NCBI RefSeq assembly: GCF_006345805.1
Contig: NC_043019.1
Coordinates: 14,197,360-14,261,359, forward strand
Reading direction: 5' to 3'
DNA length: 64,000 nucleotides
DNA from: Octopus sinensis
Taxonomy: Eukaryota
Both the position numbers and the translations under genes were made by a program. Each line of letters starts with the position of its first letter. Within the stretch, counting starts at the first letter, position 1. Of the stretch, positions 38,855 through 51,434 are shown piece after piece. The notes beneath the pieces are model-generated. The model was not told where the DNA came from. It did no database searches and saw nothing but the letters and a program-made list of their open reading frames with translations.

Positions 38855-39250
38855 ATCCTCCTTAAATCAACTATATCCGTCTTCACTCATCTATATCCTC
38901 CTTCAGTCATCTCTAACCTTTATCAATCAACTTTATACCCTTTCAATCAACTCTCTATTTTTACTCATCTATATCTTCCTTCATTCACCTATATCTATCT
39001 TTACTCATATTTATTCTCTTTCAATCATCTGTATCCCCATTACTCAGCTTTATCCCCTTTCAATCAACTTTACTCGTCTATATTCCCCACTCAATCAAAT
39101 GCATCTCACCCTCAGTTCCCTCCGTCTTTGACATTTTCCCTTCAACTATACCCACCAATCTTTACTCATTACATCCTTTTTAAATCAACAATATCCATCT
39201 TCACTCATCTATATACTCCTTCAATCATCTCTATCCCTATCAATCACCAC
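38855..39250. repeat. Degenerate pyrimidine-rich minisatellite (ttcaatcaactctatatcc / cttcactcatctatatcc)
   Basis: Recurrent ~20-nt motifs. Confidence 0.6.
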
Positions 39251-39372
39251 TACTACCACCAGCGGTACTCTCTCCTTCCCTACCTTATAAATCTGTATTC
39301 TACCTGTGACAAAGTTATCTATCACTCAACACTTTGATTAACTTTGTAATCAATGAAACTCTAACATGCACA

Positions 39373-39434
<62 letters not shown>

Positions 39435-39764
39435 ATTTGAGACAGTTCTAATGCTCCATTTCGCCTACTTAACATGTCAGGTGTCAATACGTTTGGAGTT
39501 TAATTCATTCTGATGCAGCCAAGAGTACCAAGAAACATTAGCATGTTGTAACAACTCACCCAGCTGTTAATATATTCTGTATCATGAATGTATGTATATT
39601 GTTCAGTAATTTACATGTCTGGCGTATGTTGTAGATTCCATATCAGGTAAACATCAAGTAGAAATTGTAGGAGAATGTTATTCCATATTATCATATGAAG
39701 AACAGGCTACCAGTTCTTTATTTTCATAGAAATCTGAAGATTTAAGAAAGACTATGAAATATAT

Positions 39765-40120
39765 TGGTAAGTAGCTTGCTTACAAACCACATGGTTCTGG
39801 GTTCAGTCCCACTGTGTGGCACCTCAGGGGCAAGTGTCTTCTACTATAGCCTCGGGCCGACCAAAGGATTTGGTAGATGGAAACTGAAAGAAGCCCGTCG
39901 TGTATGTGTATGTATATGTTTATGTGTCTGTGTTTGTCCCCCCAACATCGCTTGACAACCGATGGTGGTGTGTTTACGTCCCCGTAACTTAGCGGTTCGG
40001 CAAAAGAGACTGATAGAATAAGTTCTGGGCTTACAAAGAATAAGTCCTGGGGTCGATTTGCTCGACTAAAGGCGGTGCTCCAGCATGGCCACAGTCAAAT
40101 GACTGAAACAAGTAAAATAA
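39765..40120 (+). mobile_element. SINE family B
   Basis: Near-complete copy with CpGs retained. Confidence 0.85.
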
Positions 40121-40333
40121 TAAAGATTATATTAAAGAGCTAGCCATCATCCATGAACAAGTACAGTTTCATAATATACACTATGCTTTTGTTAGTTCTT
40201 TTAGATGCTTGCGTAGTCGCAAACAGGTGTACTGTTCACCTGTATTTGCAGGATGGGTCAAGCAAGCTCGAATCAATGAGTCCACCATGTTCCTTACAAA
40301 TGCTAACCATGACTGACAGTCAGCCCTAACATT

Positions 40334-40641
40334 GTTGTTTGTTTGTTCCTTCTTGAGCCACACCTGGCTCATAAGGGCCGGTTTCCCGGTTTCCTTGGCA
40401 TATTGGTTCCCCATCTGGACGGGACGCCAGTCCGTCGCAAGTGAGCTGCAAGATGCAGGAGGATAGAGTGAGAGAAAGTTGTGGCGAAAGAGTCAGCAGA
40501 AGTTTGCCATTACCTTCTGCCGGAGCCACGTGGAGCTTAGGTTTTTCGCTCATAAGCACACACATCGCCTGGTCTGAGATTCAAACCCGCGATCCCTTGA
40601 CCGTGAGTCCGCTGCTCTAACTACTAGGCCATGTGCCTCCA
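40334..40641 (-). mobile_element. SINE family E, full length with 13-bp TSD
   Basis: Reverse complement of 20922-21219 plus an (AAC/AAAC)n tail; TSD cagccctaacatt (40321-40333 / 40642-40654). Confidence 0.9.
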
Positions 40642-40910
40642 CAGCCCTAACATTCCAGCAGGCAAAGTGATGTTTCTGTCTGTGGCCCAAAAATCCAGTT
40701 TGTAATTTTGACAAATGCCCCCACTGGAAGAACAAGTGTGTTGGATAGCATGGACACATGGCTGTCATTTGTTGTTGAAGTGTTCATGCTCGGAGTTTCA
40801 GTGAGAATAGAAATTCACATGCGGTTCCTGGAACATGTGCATAAACAGGCATAGACACCGTCCAGAGTCACATTTACTTTAACCCAGAGACACATACAGG
40901 ATATAACAAA

Positions 40911-41310
40911 AGGCAGCAAGCTGGCAGAAACATTAGCACGCCGGGCGAAATGCTTAGCTGTATTTCACCCGTCGCTATGTTGTGAGTTCAAATTCCGCTG
41001 AGGTTGACTTTGCCTTTCATCCTTTCAGGGTCAATTAAATAAGTACCAGTTACGCACTGGGGTCAATGTAATCGACTTAATCCGTTTGTCTGTCCTTGTT
41101 TGTCTCCTCTGTGTTTAGCTCCTTGTGGGTAGTAAAGAAATGGGTATTTCGTCTGTTGTTACGTTCTGGGTTCAAATTCTGCCAAGGTTGACTTTGCCCT
41201 TCACCCTTTCAGGATCGATAAATTAAGTAGCAGTTGTATACTGGGGTCAATCTAATTGACTAGCCCTCTCCCCCAAAATTTCAGGCCTTGTGTCTAGAGT
41301 AGAAAAGGAT
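40911..41310 (+). mobile_element. Family A dimer: type-i unit followed by type-ii unit
   Basis: Junction aaagaaatgg|gtatttcg at about 41134-41151; second unit ends ccccaaaatttcaggccttgtgtctagagtag. Confidence 0.85.
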
Positions 41311-42245
41311 TGCCCCAACATTCAGCTGGTGCTCATTTTCAGCTGAGTTGACTCACCTGTTGTAAATGACAGGTAAGGGTTCAGCAACTTCTTACCGTGC
41401 AAGGTGATTTGCTTATAGTGATCAAATGTTTGTCTTGTACATTAGCTCCCTCTCTCCATCAAGTCAACATTACCTGAACAGGTGCACAGTGTCCCACACA
41501 TCAGGTGCCAAAGTGATCACAGTGTTACATGAAACAAAGTGTTTTGCTCAAGAGCACAACACACCACCTGGTCTGGGAATTGAAACCACGACCTTGCTAA
41601 TCATTAGTGCAACACCTTAATCATTAGGCCACATACTTTCACTGCCTTTTATATCACTACTATTACCAAAATCCACTCACAAGGCTTTGGTCAGCCCGGG
41701 ACTATAGTAGAACATACATGCCCTAGGTGCCACACAATGGGACTGAACCCAGAGCCATGTGGTTGGGAAGCAAACTTCTTACCACACAGCCATGCTTGTT
41801 GTCTGTCTGCTAAATTCACTCACTAGGTATTCGCCTGCTCAAGGCTGTGTTAAAAAAAATATTTATCCAAAATACCATACAATGAGATTGAACTCGAAAC
41901 CTCATGGTTACAAAGCAAGCTTCTTAACTACACAGCCAAGCCCTGCACCTGTGTTTTGTATAAAATTCATTATTTTTATTTATTTATTTATTTATTTTTT
42001 TGTATCTGTTTTTGTGACGATTCATGTTATCAAGTTTGCCAAATTATCAGCTGAGGTGAGGCTAAGATAGCTACCGGTGTTTAGGGAGATGAGGTGATAG
42101 AACTGAGGCGAATCTGCTGACCGAATAGTAGTTCACAATCAAAACAGAAATCATTTTCCTGTTTTAATCACATCACATCGTTAACAGTCATTACGTCTCA
42201 ACGCTTTGCTTCGGTACACAGTAAGATCTCGCTTATGTTTCAAAG

Positions 42246-42311
42246 ATGTTTTCTCTTGGAGAATTTTTATCAAGAACTCCTAGTTCAAAGAGCAAAAAGG
42301 GCTTCCAGCAG
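42246..42311 (+). CDS. Weak candidate 66-nt symmetric exon
   Basis: Acceptor tgtttcaaag, donor cag|gtaaat, two open frames (MFSLGEFLSRTPSSKSKKGFQQ or CFLLENFYQELLVQRAKRASS). Confidence 0.18.
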
Positions 42312-42480
42312 GTAAATACATGAATTAATTTTTAAAACAGTTACCATCTATACATATTAATTGCTGTAATTATTTCTTCTTTTTATTGGTTTTTTTAATT
42401 ATACAAAGATTTGGTAGATAAAGGTGTTACAGTTAAAACTGGGTCTGTTTTAGTCGGAGAATATATATCTTACTTGGGAA

Positions 42481-43007
42481 GGTGCATGGTGTGTCAGGCT
42501 TACAATTGTGAGGTTGTGAGTTCGATTTCTAGACGAGGCTGTGTTGTGGCAGTGGTTAGTGTGTCAGGCTTACAATTGTGAGGTTGTGAGTTCGATTTCT
42601 AGACGAGGCTGTGTTGTGGCAGTGGTTAGTGTGTCAGGCTTACAATTGTGAGGTTGTGAGTTCGATTTCCAGACGAGGCTGTGTTGTGGCAGTGGTTAGT
42701 GTGTCAGGCTTACAATTGTGAGGTTGTGAGTTCGATTTCCAGACCAGGCTGTTTTGTGTTCTTGAGCAAGACACTTTATTTCATATTGCTCCAGTTCACT
42801 CAGCTGTATAATGAAGTTGCAATGTCACTGGTGCCAAGCTGTATTGATCTTTATTTTTCCTTTTTTCCTTGGACAACACCAGTGGCATGGAGAGGAGACT
42901 GGTACGCATGGGTGACTTGGTCTTCCACAAACAGACTTGCACTTAGGAGGGTAACTTTCTAGGTGCAATCCCATGGTCATTCTTGACTAAAGGGGTCTTT
43001 ACCCTTT
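42481..43007 (+). mobile_element. Family C SINE with its tRNA head tandemly repeated (70-bp unit, about 4 copies)
   Basis: Near-identical 70-bp period at 42489-42750, then a single body and tail. Confidence 0.9.
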
Positions 43008-43566
43008 AATATTTCACCAATTTTCTTCCTAGCTGTTTATTTCCCGGCACTAAATCTGATAATTTACAAATAATCTACACCCCTTTGCTTAGTTAACAGC
43101 CTTCTAATACACACTCTCTCTCTCTCTCCTGCCTGCAGTCTCTATCTCTCTTCTATACTTCAGTGAATCTGTCCATATGTTAGACAATCTGTATAATTCT
43201 GTTAAAAGTGTTAGCCTTCAGTCAAGCGTTTATTAGTGCTGATGGTTGCTTAAATACTGTACACTGTGGCTTTGTGTTTTGTTGAAACAGTTGGCAGCTC
43301 TCCTTCATTATATTGTCTCTGTTATATTTTGGCAGACAATGCAAAAAAAAAAAATCCAACCACTTTTCAATCTGTGTGTGTGTGGTTAAAAGGTGTAGGC
43401 TTGGCTAGTGTTTAAGAAGCTTGCTTTCCCAAAATATGGTGTTGTGTTCAGTCCTACTGCGTAGCATCTACAACTGTCTTCTACTGTAGCCCCTGGCTGA
43501 CCAAAGCCTGTTGTGTGTGTGTGCACGCACACACACAGAGATAGATAGATATGCCTATATATTTAT

Positions 43567-43627
<61 letters not shown>

Positions 43628-43819
43628 ATGTGTATATATATATATATAAATACAGATGAGTGGTACAACAAGGCACCAATATTTACTGGAAAATAGCAGT
43701 TGATACAAATGCAATGCTATTGTAAAGTTTCACTGCGTATTTACTGGCAAAGACATGTGTGTGCAACAAACATGAAAAATTTGTCTTACCTCCCAGGAAG
43801 ATAAATGTACAATTCCTAA

Positions 43820-44280
43820 TTTTCTATAGGAATTAAAGCCAGCGCTAAAAGTTACATTTCATATATGAATACATCTAAATAAACAATATGATCAAAGATA
43901 GAAAATTAAGAAATGGGTGTCTGTTGCATATTTCAGGAGTTCTTGCTCTTTCTTCAGCACTGCATCTCCTGAAATATGCATTTGGTCCTGATGAAGCAAC
44001 AATAAGTCCTGAAATATGCATATACACCAATTTCTTATTTTCCTTTTCCTCAATCACATTATTTACAAAGCACCCACTACACTCGCGGAGTGGTTGGTGT
44101 TAGGAAGGGCATCCAGCTGTAGAAACACTGCCAGATCAGACTGGAGCCTGGTGCAGCCCTGGCTTCCCAGACCCCAGTCGAACCGTCCAACCCGTGCTAG
44201 CGCGGAAAACAGACATTAAACGATGATGATATTCATATGCAAAATATAACTTTCAGTGTTGACTCTAATTTCTATAGAAA
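43820..44280. mobile_element. Inverted pair of Penelope-like repeats with hammerhead-like motifs (43917-43960 -, 43984-44028 +); family D SINE inserted at 44067-44230
   Basis: Minus gtg-CTGAAGA-aagag caagaa ctcct-GAAA-tatgc; plus ggtc-CTGATGA-...gtcct-GAAA-tatgcata-TA-cacc; outer arms 43820-43870 and 44231-44280 are also inverse. Confidence 0.7.
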
Positions 44281-44910
44281 ACCTGTAGAGATTACTTAAA
44301 AAAGAAATAATGATGATGGTATTTTTAATCGTATATAACTCAACTTTAATTAGAAAGACTTGGAAGCAATAACAACACTTCACTTAACTTTCCAACTATG
44401 AGACCCATGAGAATCCAGAGTCCCAGTCTTTGAGTAAAGCAGTCATACTAACTATGCTAATATAACAGAATGCATAAATAAGTTTGCTTTAAACTACCGA
44501 CATTTGAAAGTTTTCGTATATTAAACTTTAACTTACCAATGGCTGAAGGCTTTGATATAAACTTTTAGCTGATGGCGTTCAAACTGTTTTTGTTAATTGA
44601 TCTGTCATCAAAGCAAGTGTTTGAGATAGGTTAATGACCAGATCGTGGAGTGAAGGAGTTAGAAACATCTCTTGTCAAGGTAAGAAAAAAATAAAAGAGG
44701 CTAACGATAGGATGTAACTGTCCACTGTTGACATATTCCTTATCAAGCTTGGAGGTCTATGACCATACTGCAGGCTCATTAATGCTGACTGGATGCTCTG
44801 CTGTCTTTAACCCTTCACCTAACCAAAACATTTTTCATAAGTTTGTCCTAAATGTCCATGTTTGTTTTCAGACTTTTTAAGTCAGCTTCTTTTGACAATT
44901 CTGAACAGTA

Positions 44911-45090
44911 TAAGACAAAGTCGACCTCGGCGAGTTCAAATTCCACCGAGGTCAACTTAGCCTTTCATCCTTTCGGGGTCGATAAATTAAGTACCAGTTA
45001 TGTACTGGGATCGATGTAATTAACTTAATCCGTTTGTCTGTCCTTGTTTGTCCCCTCTGTGTTTAGCCCCTTGTGGGTAGTAAAGAAATA
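44911..45090 (+). mobile_element. 5'-truncated, 5'-inverted family A SINE with 14-bp TSD
   Basis: TSD aattctgaacagta (44897-44910 / 45091-45104); aaagtcgacctcggcg inverted at the 5' end. Confidence 0.85.
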
Positions 45091-45184
45091 AATTCTGAAC
45101 AGTAGAAAGCTTTCCTTTCATAAATCCTCAGAATTTACGAAAGGAAAGCTTTATTCTTTTATAAAAGCTTTATACTTTTATAAT

Positions 45185-45900
45185 CCTTTCTGCTCATGAA
45201 ATTTGTTGGGAGGGAGCTAGTTGGTTTTTATCAACCTTAGTGCTCGACTGGTACTTATGTCATCGACCCCAAAAATTTATACAGTAATGGATGAAAATAA
45301 TCGGGTATGTCCATCAAAATTCCAGGTTTATTTATAGCTAACCCCAGCATTATAATTGCTTTAAATTTTGACAAAAGGCCAGTAATTTTAGGATAGGAAG
45401 CAAGTTGATTGCATCATCCCCAGTACATCACTGGTACTTTTATTTATCAACCCTGAAAGGATAAAAGACAAAGTTGACATTGGCAGGATTTGAACTTGGA
45501 ATGTTAAGAGCCAGAAGAAATGCTGTCCACTGCTCTAATGATTCTGCCAGCTCACTGCCTTAAACCCCAGCATAATAATCCCTTTATGTAATCGGTACAA
45601 GACTTGAAATTTTGGAAGAGGGGGTTAGTCAATTCCATCAGCCCCAGTGCTTCACTGGTAATTATCTGATTGACCCTGCAAAAAAAAAAATGAAAGTCAA
45701 AGTTAACCTCAGCAGGATTTGAACTTAGAACATGAAGACGAAGGCAATACCACTAAGCATTTTGTCAGGTGTGCTAATGATTCTGCCAGATGCCACCTTA
45801 GCAATAATAATAATAATAATAATCCTTTCTACTCATTAAATTTTGGGGGAGGGAGCTAGTTGGTTATATCATTAAAAACGGACTAAATGCTGCCAAGCAT
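45185..45900 (-). mobile_element. Cluster of old family A type-ii SINEs
   Basis: Three to four degenerate copies. Confidence 0.65.
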
Positions 45901-45917
45901 TTGGCCCAATGTGTACA

Positions 45918-45948
<31 letters not shown>

Positions 45949-46120
45949 CACTTAGCATCCATGTTCCATGCTGATATGAGACTATTTGACAGGATTCAAC
46001 AGGTCCAAGAATCAGGTGAGGATTGGTGACAGGAGGGGCATCCAACCATAGAAAATCAGCCTCAATAAATTCTATCCAACCCATGCAAGCATGAAAAAGA
46101 GAATGTTAAAACACTGATTA

Positions 46121-46159
<39 letters not shown>

Positions 46160-46219
46160 GTCATCGTCTTCTTCTTCTTCTCATCATCATTATCATAATC
46201 ATCATCATCATTATTATTC

Positions 46220-46497
46220 AGCACCGCCTCGTCTGGCTTCCGTGCCGGTGGCACATAAAATACACCAATCCGACCGTGGCCATTGCCAGCCTCGCCTGGC
46301 ACCTGTGCAGGTGGCACGTAAAAAGCACCCACTACACTCACGGAGTGGTTGGCGTTAGGAAGGGCATCCAGCTGTAGAAACACTGCCAGATAAGACTGGA
46401 GCCTGGTGCAGCCTTCTGGCTTCACAGATCCCCGGTCGAACCGTCCAACCCATGCTAGCATGGAGAACGGACGTTAAACGATGATGATGATGATGAT
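46220..46497 (+). mobile_element. Family D element, young copy
   Basis: CpG-rich; ends ggacgttaaacgatgatgatg. Confidence 0.85.
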
Positions 46498-47375
46498 ATT
46501 ATTATTATTATTATAAACTGATTGGCCCCAAGAATTCTCTTGGCTTCCACAATGGTGCAGAAGTGGCAGACTCATTAATGGATTGAATTTTCTCATCAAA
46601 TGGCTAAAAAAATTCCATTCCAGTCAATGATATATATATATATATGCTTGAAGAAAGAAAGAAAGACAAAGAAGAAACTGTTGCAAATTGGCTGAGAACA
46701 ACCAATAAAAACGGTTATAAAAACAATCACATGACATACATCTGAAAAACGATTCCCACTTTGTTGGGGCAATGGAGTAAGAGAGCATTCCTGCTGGCAC
46801 TGGAATTAAGGCTTTGTGCTAATCTGGGTGAAGAGGTCATGTGACAATTAAAAAGGTGCAGCAGAATTAAGATTTATGATAATGGCAAGTGACGATGACA
46901 GTGAGTCATGTGACTGTATGTATGTGTATATGTATATCTGTCAGTGAGAGAGAGAGAGAGAGAAAGTGAGAGACAGGAGTTAGTATGGAAGAACAACGGG
47001 GTAATAATCACTTCAAGCCGAGCTGTTTATTGCTGGAAACTTCATTTAACATCGATAAACAAAGCCGTAATTATTCAAATGTATTTCAACTGCGAATGGC
47101 TTCTGGAAGCAGGCAAACAAAAGCAGCCATTTCAGTGCTTATGAACAACACAAGACTAAAACAGCGACAGCAGTTATTATTATCATTATTGTTAATGTTT
47201 ACAATTTTTCTTTGAAGTCCTCTAAATTCATTGAAATTTTGTGATTCTTTTTTTATTGACATTGTTACAGACTCATGCATTCCTCAAAACAATTCCATCT
47301 GACCCATGCAAGAATAGAAAAGTGGGCATTGAATGGTGATCGTGTCTCATAGGACACACATGTTGTGGTTTAGAG

Positions 47376-47460
47376 CAGTGTTTCTTAACCTTTTTACCCT
47401 TGCGCGACCCTTAAAATAAATTACATGTCTCGAGGAACCCCTGCACAAGAAAAAAAAATT
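47376..47460 (+). mobile_element. Left end of a hAT (Charlie-like) DNA transposon
   Basis: cagtgtttcttaacctttt preceded by gtttagag (NTCTAGAN-like target); no right TIR found. Confidence 0.5.
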
Positions 47461-47699
47461 ATATACCATATCTTTCTCATATTTTTTCATCATAGTTCAC
47501 ATGGTAAATATATATATATATATATATACTCAAAATAAGCAACAAGAATATCTTCGGTAATTTGGTACGATCGTTTCATGCTAATTCATTTTATTAAACA
47601 TTGTAAGTATTACAACAGTTTTAAAATGTTGAGCAATCATCAGCCATTTATAGAGGTTTTCCATCAATACATATACTTATTATATATATATACACATAT

Positions 47700-48050
47700 A
47701 TAATACAGTGTACATTTAAACACATTGTTTCCATCATAGGAATCCTTTATGCTAGAAAGAATAGCTAAAGTCCAAACCACTAATTAGGGATAAATTCTCA
47801 AAGGGAATGAAGAATAAAAACATTTACCATCTCTTTCCTAGACCATGGTTTCTGACTTCTTTTGGCAAATAAAATAATTTACCAGGCGAAGTCTTCATCA
47901 ACAGGGACCCCAAAGATTAAATATATAAACGAGGCCAAACCTCTTAATGTGTTTAAATGTACACTGTATTTTATGTGAATAATATACAGTCTATTGACTA
48001 TATTTTTCTATACGCTAGGCCACTGGTTGTAAAAATTTCTAAAATCTTTA
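47700..48050. repeat. Second locus of the 18605-18894 repeat family, in an inverted arrangement
   Basis: Perfect 25-bp inverted repeat 47702-47726 / 47946-47970; tgctagaaagaatagcta...attagggataaatt shared. Confidence 0.7.
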
Positions 48051-49144
48051 TTACCCAGATATTATCAATTATTATCAACATCATCGTTTAATGTCTGCTT
48101 TCCATGCTAGCATGGGTTGGATGAATGACTGAGGGCTGGCGAACCAGATGGCTGCAACAGGCTCCAGTCTTGATCTGGCAGAGTTTCTACAGCTGGATGC
48201 CCTTCCTAACGCCAACCACTCCGAGAGTGTAGTGAGTGCTTTTGGACTGGAGCAATGAGAAGTGAAGTGTTTTGCTCAAGAATGCAACAGACCACCTAGT
48301 ACAGGAATCAAAAACCATAATCTTAGGATTGTGAGTCCAACACCCTAACCACTAAGCCATGTGACTCTCCACTCACACACATGATTACAGACTTTTCCTA
48401 AATCATTAGATTATCTATTTTCTTCATGGCAGATGCAAAAGATGATAGTGGTGAACTTGTGGTTGGTGTAGGGGTCTGTTTTATCCTTTCAACAATATTT
48501 AGGTCAAAAGTATGTCAAGAAGACTTAGTGTTGTTAGTTGTAACTAAATGCTCCATTTTTTCTATTTAGACTTTTTAAAGACTGTTTACCAAGATACATT
48601 GCTGATAAATGGAAGCTGGAACGAGTTGATTTCAAAGATTTTAGCATATTCCTGATTACAGGCTAATTAGCAGTGACATTTACGTATAACATTACAGGGC
48701 ATTTGTATTTGTTAGGATGGGAGTGGGGCAGAAACACCATTGAATCAACCCCTCACCCAACCTGGCCAACTGTGGTCATTTGACCTACTAGAAATAGCAG
48801 TTAAATCTCCTTCAAATCACATCGTAATCTCGTAACCCTTTAGCATTTAAAATGACGATATCTTGCCCGAATATTCCAGCTGTTTTATGCTCAAATCTGC
48901 CAGATCTGGCCCCTGGCATCTACCCTACAATGCCATTTTAAAAATAAATAAATACATCACTGAAATCTCAAAGCTGCAAGACGATGTGGATAAATAAGCA
49001 TAATACTTGACAGTAATCTGAAAGCTAAAGGATTAGATTAGCCATATCTGGCTCAAATGTTCCACCTATTTTATATTCAAACAAACCAAATCCAGCCCCT
49101 CACACCTACCCTACAATATCCTTCCAAAAATAAACAATCAGTAA

Positions 49145-49690
49145 GCATAGGAGTGACAGTGTGGTAAGTAGCTTGCTTACCAACCACATGGTTCCGGGTT
49201 CAATCCCACTGCGTGGCACCTTGGGCAAGTGTCTTCTACTGTAGCCTCAGGCCGACCAAAGCCTTGTGAGTGGATTTGGTAGACGGAAACTGAAAGGCGG
49301 CGAGCTGGCAGAAACATTAGCACGCCAGGCAAAATGCTTAGCGATATTTCATCTGTCTTTACGTTCTGAGTTCAAATTTCGCTGAGGTCGACTTAGCCTT
49401 TCATCCTTTCGAGGTCGATTAAATAAGTACCAGTTACACACTGGGGTCGATATAATCGACTTAATCCCTTTTACTGTCCTTGTTTGTCCCCTCTATGTTT
49501 AGCCCCTTGTGGGCAATAAAGAAATAAGAAACTGAAAGAAGCCCGTCATATATGTGTGTGAGTGTCTTTGTGTCTGTATTTGCCCCCCACTTGAAAACCA
49601 GTGTTGGTTTGTTTACATCCTGGGGTTCATTTATTCAACTAAAAATTCTTCGAGGCAATGACCCAGTATGGCTGAAACAAGTTAAAGGTA
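49145..49690 (+). mobile_element. Family B SINE with a nested full-length family A SINE (49296-49527)
   Basis: TSD gaaactgaaag at 49286-49296 / 49528-49538. Confidence 0.9.
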
Positions 49691-50050
49691 AAAGATAAGT
49701 AATGATAAAAGATATGTCGACTCAAAACTGGACTGACCCGGGGTTAAACAGACAACAATAAAGAAGCACATTTGACTACCATGTCTTACACACACACACA
49801 TACACATGAAATAAGTGCTATAGGAGTCAGTACTTTAGTGGCATGATAAGGTATCTTGCTGAATCTGTCCATGTGAAAACTGTTTCTTAGTCTTCTGTTA
49901 AGCGTGGTCTTTGTACACTTGCAACAGATGTTCAGTCGAGGACACCAAACAGATTGTAGGTTGTTTGTTAATTTTAATATTTCAATCTCCTGATTTAACC
50001 ATCAACTCTGTCACCTTCTATTTTTCTCTACATTTCTTGTGTGACGATAG

Positions 50051-50115
50051 AAGAAGAAGAAGAAGACTATGTCCCACTGATTTCGTCTGGGAAGGTCTGC
50101 AAATGCTGTCACAGG
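50051..50115 (+). CDS. Weak candidate exon (EEEEDYVPLISSGKVCKCCH)
   Basis: Polypyrimidine tract plus gatag acceptor and an open frame; donors gtctgc and gtggtg are weak. Confidence 0.12.
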
Positions 50116-50238
50116 TGGTGGAGGAAATTTTTCCTTCTCTCTTCCTCTGACTAAACGAAAAGGACCGAAAGACTCACACACGTTATCACAATGAGTCTCT
50201 CTCATATAGACGAAGATACACATTTCCTCGTATATTAC

Positions 50239-51142
50239 ACATGTGTAGCTCAGTGGTTAAAGCATTGGGCTCACAATCATGTGATAGTGAGTTCGATTCC
50301 CAGACCAGGCTGTGTGTTGTGTTCTTGAGCAAGACATTTTATTTCACTTTGCTCCAGTTCACTCAACCGTAGAAATGTGTTGTGATGTTATTGATGCCAA
50401 GCTGTATCGGCCGCTTTGCCTTTCCCTTGGATAACACTGGTGGCGTGGAGAGGAGAGGCTGGTATGCATGGGTGACTGCTGTCCTTCCATAAACAACCTT
50501 GCCTGGACTTGTGCCTCGGAGGGTACCTTTCTGGGTGCAATCCCATGGTCTCTCCTGACCAAAGGAGATCTTTGTGAGTTCAAATCCCAGACCGGGCTGT
50601 GTGTTGTGTTCTTGAGCAAGACACTTTATTTCACTTTGCTCCAGTTCACTCAACCGTAGAAATGAGTTGTGATGTTATTGATGCCAAGCTGTATCGGCCC
50701 CTTTGCCTTTCCCTTGGATAACACTGGTGGCGTGGAGAGGAGAGGCTGGTATGCATGGGTGACTGCTGTCCTTCCATAAACAACCTTGCCTGGACTTGTG
50801 CCTCGGAGGGTACTTTTCTGGGTGCAATCCCATGGTCTCTCCTGACCAAAGGAGATCTTTGTGAGTTCGATTCCCAGACCTGGCTGTGTGTTATGTTCTT
50901 GAGCAAGACACTTTATTTCACGTTGCTCCAGTTCACTCAGCTGTAGAAATGAGTAGCAAAGTCACTGGTGCCAAGCTGTATCGGCCCCTTTGCCTTTCCC
51001 TTGGATATCATTGGTGGTGTGGAGAGAGGAGGCCGGTATGCATGGGTGACTGCTGGTCATCCATAAACAACCTTACCCAGATTTGTGCATGGAGGGTAAC
51101 TTTCCAGGTGCAATCCATTGGTCATTCATGACCAAAGAGGAT
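50239..51142 (+). mobile_element. Family C head-to-tail trimer (287-bp period)
   Basis: Units 1 and 2 are nearly identical; junction aaaggagatct|ttgtgagttc at about 50570 and 50857. Confidence 0.92.
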
Positions 51143-51223
51143 CCTGGGTTTCCTGGGCTTAGTGGTTAGGGGTGTTCTGCTTTTACTCGGCTAAAAATTA
51201 GTACCACTTGTGTGTTGTTGCAA

Positions 51224-51256
<33 letters not shown>

Positions 51257-51434
51257 CCCCTTTACCTCTCCAGCCATCCCAAATATTCTACTGGCTCAAT
51301 ACTAGGAAAGATAAGAGGGTATCCATGTCTGCTTGTAATTACATTGGCATCTAAAGCAAGTATTTAAAGCATGGTCGACCATGCCAAGCCATACTTGCGA
51401 CAGACAGCCATACTAATAGCTCTGTAATATCTCT

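Noticed and set aside
42489-42750. Regular repeats resembling a CRISPR array or tRNA cluster
   Set aside because: There are no unique spacers and no complete cloverleaf; they are tandem SINE heads in eukaryotic DNA.
44537-44685. Splice-donor-like sites on both strands
   Set aside because: Adjacent frames are short or contain stops; no convincing exon.
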